Of a stretch of 64,000 bases of DNA, positions 31,457 to 39,377 are shown one piece after another (the first letter of the stretch is position 1; each line of letters begins with the position of its first letter). The notes under the pieces were generated by a model. The model saw only the letters and a program-made list of their open reading frames with translations, made no database searches and was not told where the DNA came from. The stretch is from Alphaproteobacteria bacterium (GTDB lineage: Bacteria > Pseudomonadota > Alphaproteobacteria > Bin95): assembly GCA_963665325.3 (NCBI GenBank), contig OZ224045.1, forward strand, positions 416,001 through 480,000. Reading direction: 5' to 3'. The position numbers and the translations under genes are program-made.

Positions 31457-33013
31457 ATGCCTTCCATGATCGCCAACGCGGCGTCGCCCGACGCGAGCGG
31501 TGACCCGGACCCGGGCATCGTCGAGGACTACAAGGCACGTTTGCGGGCCCTGGGATATTCCTCCGGCCTGACGGGCAAGTGCATCCGAACGATCCTGCAC
31601 CTCATCGCGTGGCTGTCAGCGAACGGGACCGGGATCGAGACGCTCGACATTCGCGTCCTGCATCGATTCCTGGAGCACGACTGTGCCTGTCCCGGTCCGC
31701 GCGGTTACCGCAAGAACCTCGCACGCGCCCGATGGCATCTGCACCGGTTTCTCGGCTTCCTCATGGAGACGGGACGCGTGCGGATGCCCGCGGAGATCGA
31801 GAGCGGCGGCGGCGTGGTGGAGTCGTTCCTTCAAACGCTCGCGGCACAGGGATATGTGCCCGAGTCGATCGCCGCCTACCGCAAGCGCTGTCGACACTTC
31901 ATCGTCTGGCTCTACCTGCACGATATCGCGCTCGCCGAGGTCGACGACGATGTCTTCTCCCGGTTCCTTGCCCACCACTGCACCTGTACCCACCCCCACT
32001 TCTTCATCAGAACCGGCCGGTTCGCGGGTCGCAACAACAGCCGATCAAAGATCGGGTTGTTCATTGAGTACCTGATCGACATGGGCATCGCCGCGCCGCG
32101 CCCGACGCCGGCGTGCGAGGAACCGGGCCGCCATGTGGCGCGATTCCTAGTCTGGCTGCGACGCTATCGCGGCATCGGGGAGGGGACCATACAGAGCTAC
32201 CACAAGGCCATGCGGGTGCTGCTTCCCCATCTTGGCGACGATCCCGATCGATACCGTGCGACGCTGATCAGGAACACGGTGCAGCACCGCCTTGAGACAG
32301 CGTCGCGCGATCTTGTCCGACGCGAGACGTCGGCGCTTCGGTTGTATCTGCGCTTCCTCGTGCTGGACGGCCTTTGCCGGCCCGGGCTTGTCGGTGCGGT
32401 GCCGACGGTTCCCCTGCAGAGGTTCTCGACATTGCCCCGTCATCTGCCGCGGGACGATATCGAACGCATCATCGCCTCGTGCGACCGGGCGACGCCCATG
32501 GGACTGCGGGACCACGCCATCCTGCTGCTCCTCGCCCGGCTCGCCCTGCGTGCCGGCGACGTCGCCAATCTTCGCTTGAACGATATCGACTGGGACAATG
32601 CGGTCGTTCGGGTCAGCGGCAAATCGCGACGCGCTGCGGTCTTGCCGTTACCGCAGGATGTAGGGGCCGCGGTCAAGGATTACATCCTCCATGCGCGGCC
32701 TGTCGTGGAGGCCGAGAAGGTGTTCCTGCGCATGATGCCGCCGCGCCATCGGTCCCTGGCCAGCGGTGGTGTGTCGGCGGTCGCGCAGGCTGCAATCAAG
32801 CGGTCCGGTGTCGAGGCCGAGGGACTGCCGGCGGGGCATGTCTTCCGGCATTCCGCGGCGACGAACATGCTGCGCGACAACACCCCGCTGGAGGTCATTG
32901 GCACCCTGCTGCGTCATCAATCCACGCAGACAACGGCGATTTATGCGCGGGTCGATGTGCGAATGCTCCGGGAAGTGGCCCAGCCCTGGCCGGTCGCCGG
33001 AGACGAGAGATGA
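31457..33013 (+). CDS. tyrosine recombinase RitA-type
   Basis: LALRAGDV (R), GK, HVFRHS, LRH, T.IYA; repeated N-terminal 'F..H.C.C' modules. Confidence 0.92.
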   Translation: MPSMIANAASPDASGDPDPGIVEDYKARLRALGYSSGLTGKCIRTILHLIAWLSANGTGIETLDIRVLHRFLEHDCACPGPRGYRKNLARARWHLHRFLGFLMETGRVRMPAEIESGGGVVESFLQTLAAQGYVPESIAAYRKRCRHFIVWLYLHDIALAEVDDDVFSRFLAHHCTCTHPHFFIRTGRFAGRNNSRSKIGLFIEYLIDMGIAAPRPTPACEEPGRHVARFLVWLRRYRGIGEGTIQSYHKAMRVLLPHLGDDPDRYRATLIRNTVQHRLETASRDLVRRETSALRLYLRFLVLDGLCRPGLVGAVPTVPLQRFSTLPRHLPRDDIERIIASCDRATPMGLRDHAILLLLARLALRAGDVANLRLNDIDWDNAVVRVSGKSRRAAVLPLPQDVGAAVKDYILHARPVVEAEKVFLRMMPPRHRSLASGGVSAVAQAAIKRSGVEAEGLPAGHVFRHSAATNMLRDNTPLEVIGTLLRHQSTQTTAIYARVDVRMLREVAQPWPVAGDER

Positions 33014-33936
33014 CGCTGGCCGAGCACGTGGAACGCTACGTCACCTTCCGCAGGGCCCTGGGTCATGCCTATGTGGAACCGGCGCGGTGCCTGCACGACT
33101 ACGCGGCCTATGCCGAGGCCCGTGGCGACAGCTTCGTGCGCACCAGCACGGTCTTCGATTGGGCGTCGACGACGCCATCTCCCCGACAGGCGCAAGTCAA
33201 ACTGCGCTACGTGTGCGACCTTGCCAGCGTCCTGCACGCCGACGACGAACGTCACGAGGTGCCGAACCGCGACGCCCTGGGCAAGGCAAGATCGCGGCGG
33301 CCAACGCCTCATCTGCTGTCCCTGACCGAGATCCGGCGGATCATGGATGCGGCGCTGGAGCTGCCGCCGGTCGGTTCGATCACGCCCCTGACGTTCCATT
33401 ACATCCTGGGGCTGATCGCCGCGACCGGCTTGCGGCGCTCGGAAGCGACCGGCCTGCTGCTGACGGACCTGACGGCGGATGGCTTGCTGATCAGGAAGGC
33501 GAAGTTCGGCAAGCGCCGCCTCGTCCCGCTGGAGGGCGGCGTCCATCGGGCCATGGAGGCGTATCTCCGGGAGAGGAAGCGCCGCGGCGGGCCCGACGAC
33601 CACCTGTTCGTGCTCTCGACGGGCCGGCCCATGCATCCGGTCTATCTCGCGACCGTCTTCGTCAAGCTGGCCCGGCGGGTCGGGCTTCGAGCCGGGCCAG
33701 GCGAGCCGGGCCCGCGGCTTCATGACCTTCGACATTCCTTCGCCGTTCGCGCGCTCGAAAACATGCTCTCGACCGAGCGACGGGATGTCGGCCGCCACAT
33801 GCTGACGCTATCGACCTATCTCGGCCATGCCACCACCGCCGACACGTACTGGTACCTCGAAGCGACGCCGGTGTTGCTCAGGCAGGTGTCGCGGGCCACC
33901 GAGAGGCTGCATGAGGGGAGCAGGAACGATGGCTGA
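33010..33936 (+). CDS. tyrosine recombinase RitB-type
   Basis: TGLRRSEA, KFGKRRLVP, HDLRHSFAV, LSTYLGH, TYWYL. Confidence 0.93.
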   Translation: MTLAEHVERYVTFRRALGHAYVEPARCLHDYAAYAEARGDSFVRTSTVFDWASTTPSPRQAQVKLRYVCDLASVLHADDERHEVPNRDALGKARSRRPTPHLLSLTEIRRIMDAALELPPVGSITPLTFHYILGLIAATGLRRSEATGLLLTDLTADGLLIRKAKFGKRRLVPLEGGVHRAMEAYLRERKRRGGPDDHLFVLSTGRPMHPVYLATVFVKLARRVGLRAGPGEPGPRLHDLRHSFAVRALENMLSTERRDVGRHMLTLSTYLGHATTADTYWYLEATPVLLRQVSRATERLHEGSRNDG

Positions 33937-34921
33937 ACTCGCTCCTCCCCTGGCGATGTTCCTGCGGGAGTATCTTCCACGCGACAAGGGCACGAGCCGG
34001 CATACCGTTGAAAGCTATGCCCTGTGCTTCAAGCTGCTGGTTGTCTTCGCGGCGGACAAACATGGCATCCGGCCCTGCACGCTTGAGATCGGTCATCTCG
34101 ACATAGCGACCCTTCTCGAGTTCCTCGAACATCTCGAACGGGATCGGGGAAACGGAGTGCGCACACGCAATGCCCGGCTCGCGGCCATCAAGGCCTTCTT
34201 CCGCTTCCTCGAGTTCCGGCACCCGAGATATCTCGACCTCGCCGCGCAAGTGCGTCAGATCCCGGCGAAAAAGGGCGAGGTGCCCCTCATCGGCTCTCTC
34301 GACCGGGCCGAAACGCGGGCCCTGCTCGACGCGCCGGATCCGGACACGGTGGCGGGAATACGGGACCGCGCGATGCTGTGCCTCACCTACAACGCCGGCC
34401 TGCGGGTCTCGGAACTGGTCGGGCTTGCCCTCGACGATCTGAAGATGCCAGCCCTCGACGAGGTGCACATCATCGGCAAGGGCCGGCGCGAGCGCATCCT
34501 GCCGCTGTGGAAGGAAACCTGCAGGGCCCTACGGGACTGGTTGGCTCTCCGGCCGGAGAGTGCCGACCGCCATCTCTTCCTCAACGCCATGGGCACCGGC
34601 ATGACCCGGCGCGGCTTCGCCAAACGGCTTGTCCTCCATGCGCAAACCGCTGCGCGCAGCGTGCCGTCGATCACCAACAAGACCGTATCCCCCCACCTGC
34701 TGCGTCACGCTTGCGCGATCCACACGCTCGAGGCGACCGGTGACGTCAGGAAGGTCTCGCTCTGGCTCGGGCATGCAAGCCTTCAGACCACCGAGATGTA
34801 TCTGCAGGCCGATCCGACCGACAAGCTCGATACGCTCGATAAGTGGCGCCCTCCCAGCCTCAAGAAAGGAAAGTTCAAGGGCGTGAAGGACGAATTGCTC
34901 GCGATGCTCGCAGGCACCTGA
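33929..34921 (+). CDS. tyrosine recombinase RitC-type
   Basis: TRNARLAAI, GLRVSEL, GKGRRER, SPHLLRH, WLGHAS..TT..Y. Confidence 0.93.
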   Translation: MAELAPPLAMFLREYLPRDKGTSRHTVESYALCFKLLVVFAADKHGIRPCTLEIGHLDIATLLEFLEHLERDRGNGVRTRNARLAAIKAFFRFLEFRHPRYLDLAAQVRQIPAKKGEVPLIGSLDRAETRALLDAPDPDTVAGIRDRAMLCLTYNAGLRVSELVGLALDDLKMPALDEVHIIGKGRRERILPLWKETCRALRDWLALRPESADRHLFLNAMGTGMTRRGFAKRLVLHAQTAARSVPSITNKTVSPHLLRHACAIHTLEATGDVRKVSLWLGHASLQTTEMYLQADPTDKLDTLDKWRPPSLKKGKFKGVKDELLAMLAGT

Positions 34922-34927
34922 ACCCGC

Positions 34928-35018
34928 CATTCTTATGGGAACCTGAGTCGCGTCCAATCCCTTGATAATCAACGCCCGCAGCGGCTCAGGTTCCCAGAAT
35001 CATAAGGTTCCCATATCC
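34928..35018 (-). repeat. RIT right inverted repeat (91 bp)
   Basis: Exact reverse complement of 31323-31413. Confidence 0.95.
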
Positions 35019-35036
35019 GCTGTTATCGGAACCTTC

Positions 35037-35765
35037 CGATAACAGCGGGCTTATCGGCGCCCCTTGCGGGGTTCCTTTCCGCTCCTTGCGCGCCCGGTTC
35101 GTGCGGCGCTTGCCGCCCTTGCCGTCGTCCTCCTCCACCGGCATTTCCAGCCATGCCTTGATGAGCTTGAGCATCCGCCCGTCGCTGATGCGTCGGGCGA
35201 AGCTCTTCAGAAGCTCGGCATGCGGGATTTCGCCGAAGTAGTTGGACAGGTCGCAATCGACCACCTCGTTGTGCCCTCCGTATAGGAGGCGAACGACGCG
35301 CTTCACCGCGTCGTGGGCGCTCCGCTCCGGCCTGTAGGCGTACTGCTCCGGTTGCAGGTCCGCTTCGAATATCGGCTCAAGAACAAGCAGAGCCGATGTC
35401 TGCGCCACCCGGTCCCGTATGCAGGGGATGCCCAAGGGCCGGAACTTGCCGGGCTGTTTCTTCGGGATGAGCACCTGTCGCACCGGCTTCGGTGTGTACG
35501 TCCCATCCCTCAGTTCCCGCGCCAGTTCCCCAAGCCAGCGCCCCACGCCATCCGACTCGATGTCCGCGAAGGTCTCTCCGTCCACCCCGGCGGCCCCGCC
35601 ATTTCGGCGAACTCGCTTCCAGGCTTCCGCGAGAAAGTCCTCGCGCCACACCTTGTCGATCAGCGCGTGGAAGCGCCGGTCGGGTTCTTCCTTAGCTTTC
35701 ACATGTAACACGGTCTGGAGTCGCCGGACCTTGTCTGACCCTGGTAGGCTTTCGCCAGTGGTCAT
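35037..35765 (-). pseudogene. ltrA: group II intron RT/maturase, 5' half
   Basis: AAGVDG, RQVLIPK, RPLGIP.IRDRV.Q, DCDLSNYF, GTPQGAPISPLLS; joins the 3' half in frame once the RIT is removed. Confidence 0.92.
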
Positions 35766-36757
35766 GCCTTTCTCCCTTTCCGCATCGCTCTCGAACCAGG
35801 GCTCCTTCCCTCCACCGGCATTACCCGGCATCCACGGTAATACGAGCCCATCCGCCACCCTGCCGGCCCGGCCTGCCCCTCGCGGGGTTCCGGTTGGTGC
35901 GTGCCACACCACCGACAGGGCTTCCCGTGTTGCTCCCATCCCCCTCTTCCATGCGTGCCGCCGCCACTACCCCGGCGGAACTGCCCGGTGCGCATGTCGC
36001 TCGCTTCCCGGACGGTGGCAGCCTTCCCCAACCGTTAGACGGGTCGGCTTCCGCATCACCCTTTTCGAGGCCTGCTCGGCGTTCACTCGCGTTGCGGCCC
36101 GCATGGTCGCCTGAACCGCCCAAGGCGGTCCTTTGTCGGAGTGCTTCAGACGATGTCGTTACCTCCATCATCCGCTCCGATTGCTACCGGCTGGAGCGAC
36201 AGTTGCCGGGCGGGATTCGCACCCGCTGAGGGATGGTGCCTTTCCACGGCACACTAACGGTAACGGGTAACACGCCCGTCCCAATCCGCGTCAAGCTCTC
36301 GGCCCGTGGCCGGAAGCTTGCTTACAGCCATGGATGCACTTCGTCCGACACTCCCGCCCGGCTTTGCCGTGACCGGCAGTCGATCCCCATCAGATAACGC
36401 GAAACCCGCACCATCAAATACCGTGCGCACGCTCAGCGTCTCCTCATGCAGGACGCGGCGGCCCATGTCCCACGGCCCCGTCCGTGTCATCTGCGCCCTC
36501 TCACCCGGACCGGTCGTGCGTTGAGCGGCGACAATGACGGGGATCGCCATGCGGCGCCGGGGACGGACAGCGGCGCACTCGATGGCTTCCCTTCCGCCCG
36601 CGAGGTTGGTACAAGGCCAATGAAGGATATCGTGCGAGTTCCGGCGGCGCCGCGTTGCGGCATTGTCGGGTTCGCCTTTGACGAGGGTGATTTGGCAATG
36701 ATCGGAATCATGCAGAAGATCGTGGCGGCGCTTGCGTCGGCTGCCGGGAAAATCCGC

Positions 36758-36789
36758 TTGACAAGCCGGTTTGGCGTTCCCGGTATAAT
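36758..36789 (+). promoter_or_regulatory. candidate promoter with perfect TTGACA and TATAAT boxes, 20-bp spacer
   Basis: TTGACA 36758-36763, TATAAT 36784-36789; -35 lies inside the dyad GCTTGACAAGC. Confidence 0.45.
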
Positions 36790-37050
36790 CGCCGGATCGC
36801 CGGATCGCCGGATCGCCGGATCGCCGGATCGCCGGATCGCCGGATCGCCGGATCGCCGGATCGCCGGATCGCCGGATCGCCGGATCGCCGGATCGCCGGA
36901 TCGCCGGATCGCCGGATCGCCGGATCGCCGGATCGCCGGATCGCCGGATCGCCGGATCGCCGGATCGCCGGATCGCCGGATCGCCGGATCGCCGGATCGC
37001 CGGATCGCCGGATCGCCGGATCGCCGGATCGCCGGATCGCCGGATCGCCG
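36788..37050. repeat. perfect 8-bp tandem repeat (GCCGGATC) x ~33
   Basis: 32 full units from 36791 to 37046 plus partial units at both ends. Confidence 0.97.
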
Positions 37051-37062
37051 ACCTGCGTCCGC

Positions 37063-37328
37063 GTGACGGCCATGAGCGCGTTCGCATGGCTGCGCCGGCG
37101 GGGCCGTCCGTCCTCACCGCCTGAGTCTCTCTCCTCCGCCGGACGGCATTCCGCTTCCCGCCGTCCCGCTCCTTCCTCCGACGGTTCCAGTCCCGCATCG
37201 GCGCAGCGCGTCCTTGCCGCGTGTGCGTCCGGCGCCGCCCGCCGCCTGCGGCGCGGCCTGCGCCCCGTCCTTGCCTCCGCGCTGCTTGCCCTTCCCCTGC
37301 TCGCCGGCCTGCCGACCGGGGCGCAGGC
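37063..37328 (+). pseudogene. N-terminus (extended signal peptide) of a secreted host protein cut by prophage insertion
   Basis: ...RRLRRGLRPVLASALLALPLLAGLPTGAQA, ending exactly at the prophage TG terminus. Confidence 0.6.
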
Positions 37329-37442
37329 TGTAGCCGTCGAAAATGTTCTGACTCGGCGTGCAGAATGACTGACTCCTAGCGCGATTCGAACGAATCGGAG
37401 TCAAGGGATGTCTATTAACGTGCAGAATCTTCTGACTCCGTT
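37329..37442. repeat. Mu-like prophage end with putative transposase-binding repeats
   Basis: TGTAGCC start; AATGTTCTGACTC (~37342), CAGAATGACTGACTCC (37361), inverted GGAGTCA (37397), CAGAATCTTCTGACTCC (37423). Confidence 0.7.
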
Positions 37443-37484
37443 GAGCGGCGCTTAAACGGCCATTCAACGCGCGTTCACGCGCGG

Positions 37485-38495
37485 TCACTCCCGGGGCTCG
37501 GCGGTGACCCTGGTGGTGTAGCCGCGCCCCTTCGACAGGTTGTGATCGGCGCGCAGGATGGTCCACTGGCCGATGCCCGGTTCCGGCCAGTCCTCCAGCT
37601 CCAGCACGGCCTCCGACACCAGGCGCGGATCGCCTGGCACGGTCAGATCCAGTTCCTTGGTCTGGCGGGCGAACCGGCCCAGACGCGCAGCTGCGGCTGC
37701 CTCGGCTTGTGCGCGGTCGGGCAGCGGCTCGCGTATCTCGTAGACAGGCTCGCCCGCGCCGGCCTTCACGTGGACGAACGAGGCGCTGGCGACGTCCTGG
37801 TAGCCCGCGACCACGGCACCGAAGCGAGGGCGGCCCTTCACCGCGTAGCGGGCGGACAGGACGCTTCTTTCGCCGGCTCTGCGCGCTCCGGGCGCCAGCC
37901 GGACCGTAGGCATTGTCTGCCCCGACAGAGCGGTGCGCCCGCTGCCGCGCGGGGCGAAGACCAGAGAGCCGCCCACCGCCTTGAACGTGGCGTCATATTG
38001 CCGGGACAGGCGGCGCAGCAGGTGCAGATCGCTCTCCGCTGTCTGGTCGATGTGGGGAATGACGATCCCGGACAGGCTGGGCGGCACGGCACCCCTGTAA
38101 TCGTGCTCGGCGGCGATCGTGGCGACCAGATCGCCGAGCGAGACATTGTCCCAGGCGCGCCGCTTCGGCGCCTTGAGCGTCGACCGGCGGCGGAAGTCGG
38201 CGGCGGTGGCCCGCACGACCAGGCGCCGGGGCTCCAGGTCGATCTCGGACTCGTCGTGGTAATACACACCCATGCCGACCAGCCCGGCATCCTCGTAACC
38301 GATCGACACCCTCATCTCCCGCTCCGCCGCCGGCAGCGCCAGCTTGGCGTCGGCGTCCGATAGCTCGATCTCCAGCGTGTCGCTGGTCCGGTCAGAGGTG
38401 ATCGCAAGCCGGAGATTGAGCAGGCTGTCACGGACGAGCCGGGTGACATCGGCCCCGCCCGCAATCACCTCGAACGCCGGTGTTCTCACTCCCAT
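37485..38495 (-). CDS. phage late control D family (GPD) tail protein
   Basis: SDTLEIEL.D, IGY....LVGMG.Y, HIDQTAESD..LL.RL, PGDPRL..E. Confidence 0.9.
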   Translation of the reverse strand: MGVRTPAFEVIAGGADVTRLVRDSLLNLRLAITSDRTSDTLEIELSDADAKLALPAAEREMRVSIGYEDAGLVGMGVYYHDESEIDLEPRRLVVRATAADFRRRSTLKAPKRRAWDNVSLGDLVATIAAEHDYRGAVPPSLSGIVIPHIDQTAESDLHLLRRLSRQYDATFKAVGGSLVFAPRGSGRTALSGQTMPTVRLAPGARRAGERSVLSARYAVKGRPRFGAVVAGYQDVASASFVHVKAGAGEPVYEIREPLPDRAQAEAAAAARLGRFARQTKELDLTVPGDPRLVSEAVLELEDWPEPGIGQWTILRADHNLSKGRGYTTRVTAEPRE

Positions 38496-38836
38496 AGCTG
38501 GACAATCCGCGCCTCGTCGACCGGCGCCACCTCGATGTCAGGCAGCCGCACCTTCGTGCCGGCCGGCAGCCGCGGGCCGAGCGCCTGGAGTTCGGGGTTT
38601 GCGGCCTGGACGTGCCGCACGGCGGCAGTGGTGCCATACCGACGATAGGCGATCAGGTCGAGCGTATCGCCGCCGAGCGCGGTATAGACAAAATCGCCCT
38701 CCGGCGTCTCGAGCTCGAGCGTGCCCGCAGCACCCTCCAGGCGCGCGGCAGCGGCAAGCCCTGCAGCGTAGATTTCCGCCGGCGTGCGGTCCGGATCGGC
38801 CGTGATGGCGGCGAGGACTGCCGTGCGCCCCGCCAT
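38486..38836 (-). CDS. tail protein X (LysM-like) with N-terminal extension
   Basis: GDTLDLIAYRRYG...ANP.L...GP.LPAG..V.LP...VQLWE. Confidence 0.85.
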   Translation of the reverse strand: MAGRTAVLAAITADPDRTPAEIYAAGLAAAARLEGAAGTLELETPEGDFVYTALGGDTLDLIAYRRYGTTAAVRHVQAANPELQALGPRLPAGTKVRLPDIEVAPVDEARIVQLWE

Positions 38837-38864
38837 GGCTACGGCGCACCCCTGGCGGCGGCGA

Positions 38865-39365
38865 TCACGCCGGCCGAGTTCTGGCCCGCGGCCACCGCAC
38901 CCCGCGTGGCGGCGAGCACCGCGTCGGCGTTGCCGACGGTGCCCGAGGACTGCCGCAGCTGCGCCGTCTCGCCGGCCGCGCATCGTCGTCGCGCATCAGC
39001 GACAGGGTAAATGCGATCTTGCGCGCCTGACCGTTGTCGAACAGCGCCGAGCGCTCATCGGTCAGCTGCGACATGATCCAGCGGCCGAAGACTTCGCCGG
39101 TTCCGCCGGTGAGCGGGTGCGCCTCGCCTTCGGCGCCGAGCGCGCGCAGGTCGTCGAGCACAGCCGGACGTCCGCGATAGGTGGGCATGATGACGCCCGA
39201 GAGCGTGATGCTGTCCTCGCCGGGGCCCGTGAACTGGTAGCCGGGACGGTCGCCGACCCTGTCGTGCGCCGGCACGCGGTACCGCGTCGAACGGCGGAGC
39301 GCCTGGTAGGCCGCCTGCGCCACCGAAAAGGAGACGCTTCCGTAGGTCAGCATCACTTCGCTCAC
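38865..39365 (-). CDS. phage tail protein (P2 gpU-like), probable frameshift near 38980
   Basis: F...AYQ.L.R, QFTGPGEDSITLSG, G.V.GRW, F..G.ARKI.FTLSL. Confidence 0.85.
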   Translation of the reverse strand: MSEVMLTYGSVSFSVAQAAYQALRRSTRYRVPAHDRVGDRPGYQFTGPGEDSITLSGVIMPTYRGRPAVLDDLRALGAEGEAHPLTGGTGEVFGRWIMSQLTDERSALFDNGQARKIAFTLSLMRDDDARPARRRSCGSPRAPSATPTRCSPPRGVRWPRARTRPA

Positions 39366-39377
39366 GGCCGCCTCCGG

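Larger units (their letters stand above)
31313..35036 (+). mobile_element. Recombinase-In-Trio (RIT) element
   Basis: Three overlapping tyrosine recombinase genes between 91-bp perfect inverted repeats; boundary ambiguous by ~3 nt. Confidence 0.93.
30549..36254 (-). mobile_element. group II intron (En-minus; resembles bacterial class E), interrupted by RIT
   Basis: 5' GUGUG at 36254; domain V GAAAGCCGUGUGCGAGAAAAUCGCACGCACGGUUU; 3' end CUCGACUCUAC at 30549; EBS1 UAACGG (36032-36037) pairs with IBS1 CCGUUA (36255-36260). Confidence 0.93.

Noticed and set aside
30701-35765. RT as DGR or retron serving the prophage
   Set aside because: It lies within full group II intron boundaries with domain V and a maturase domain; no TR/VR pair or avd seen
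36788-37050. Possible CRISPR array or repeat protein (IRRSGDPA / IAGSPDRR ORFs)
   Set aside because: No spacers, pure 8-bp tandem unit and no cas genes; ORFs stay open only because the unit has no stop codons
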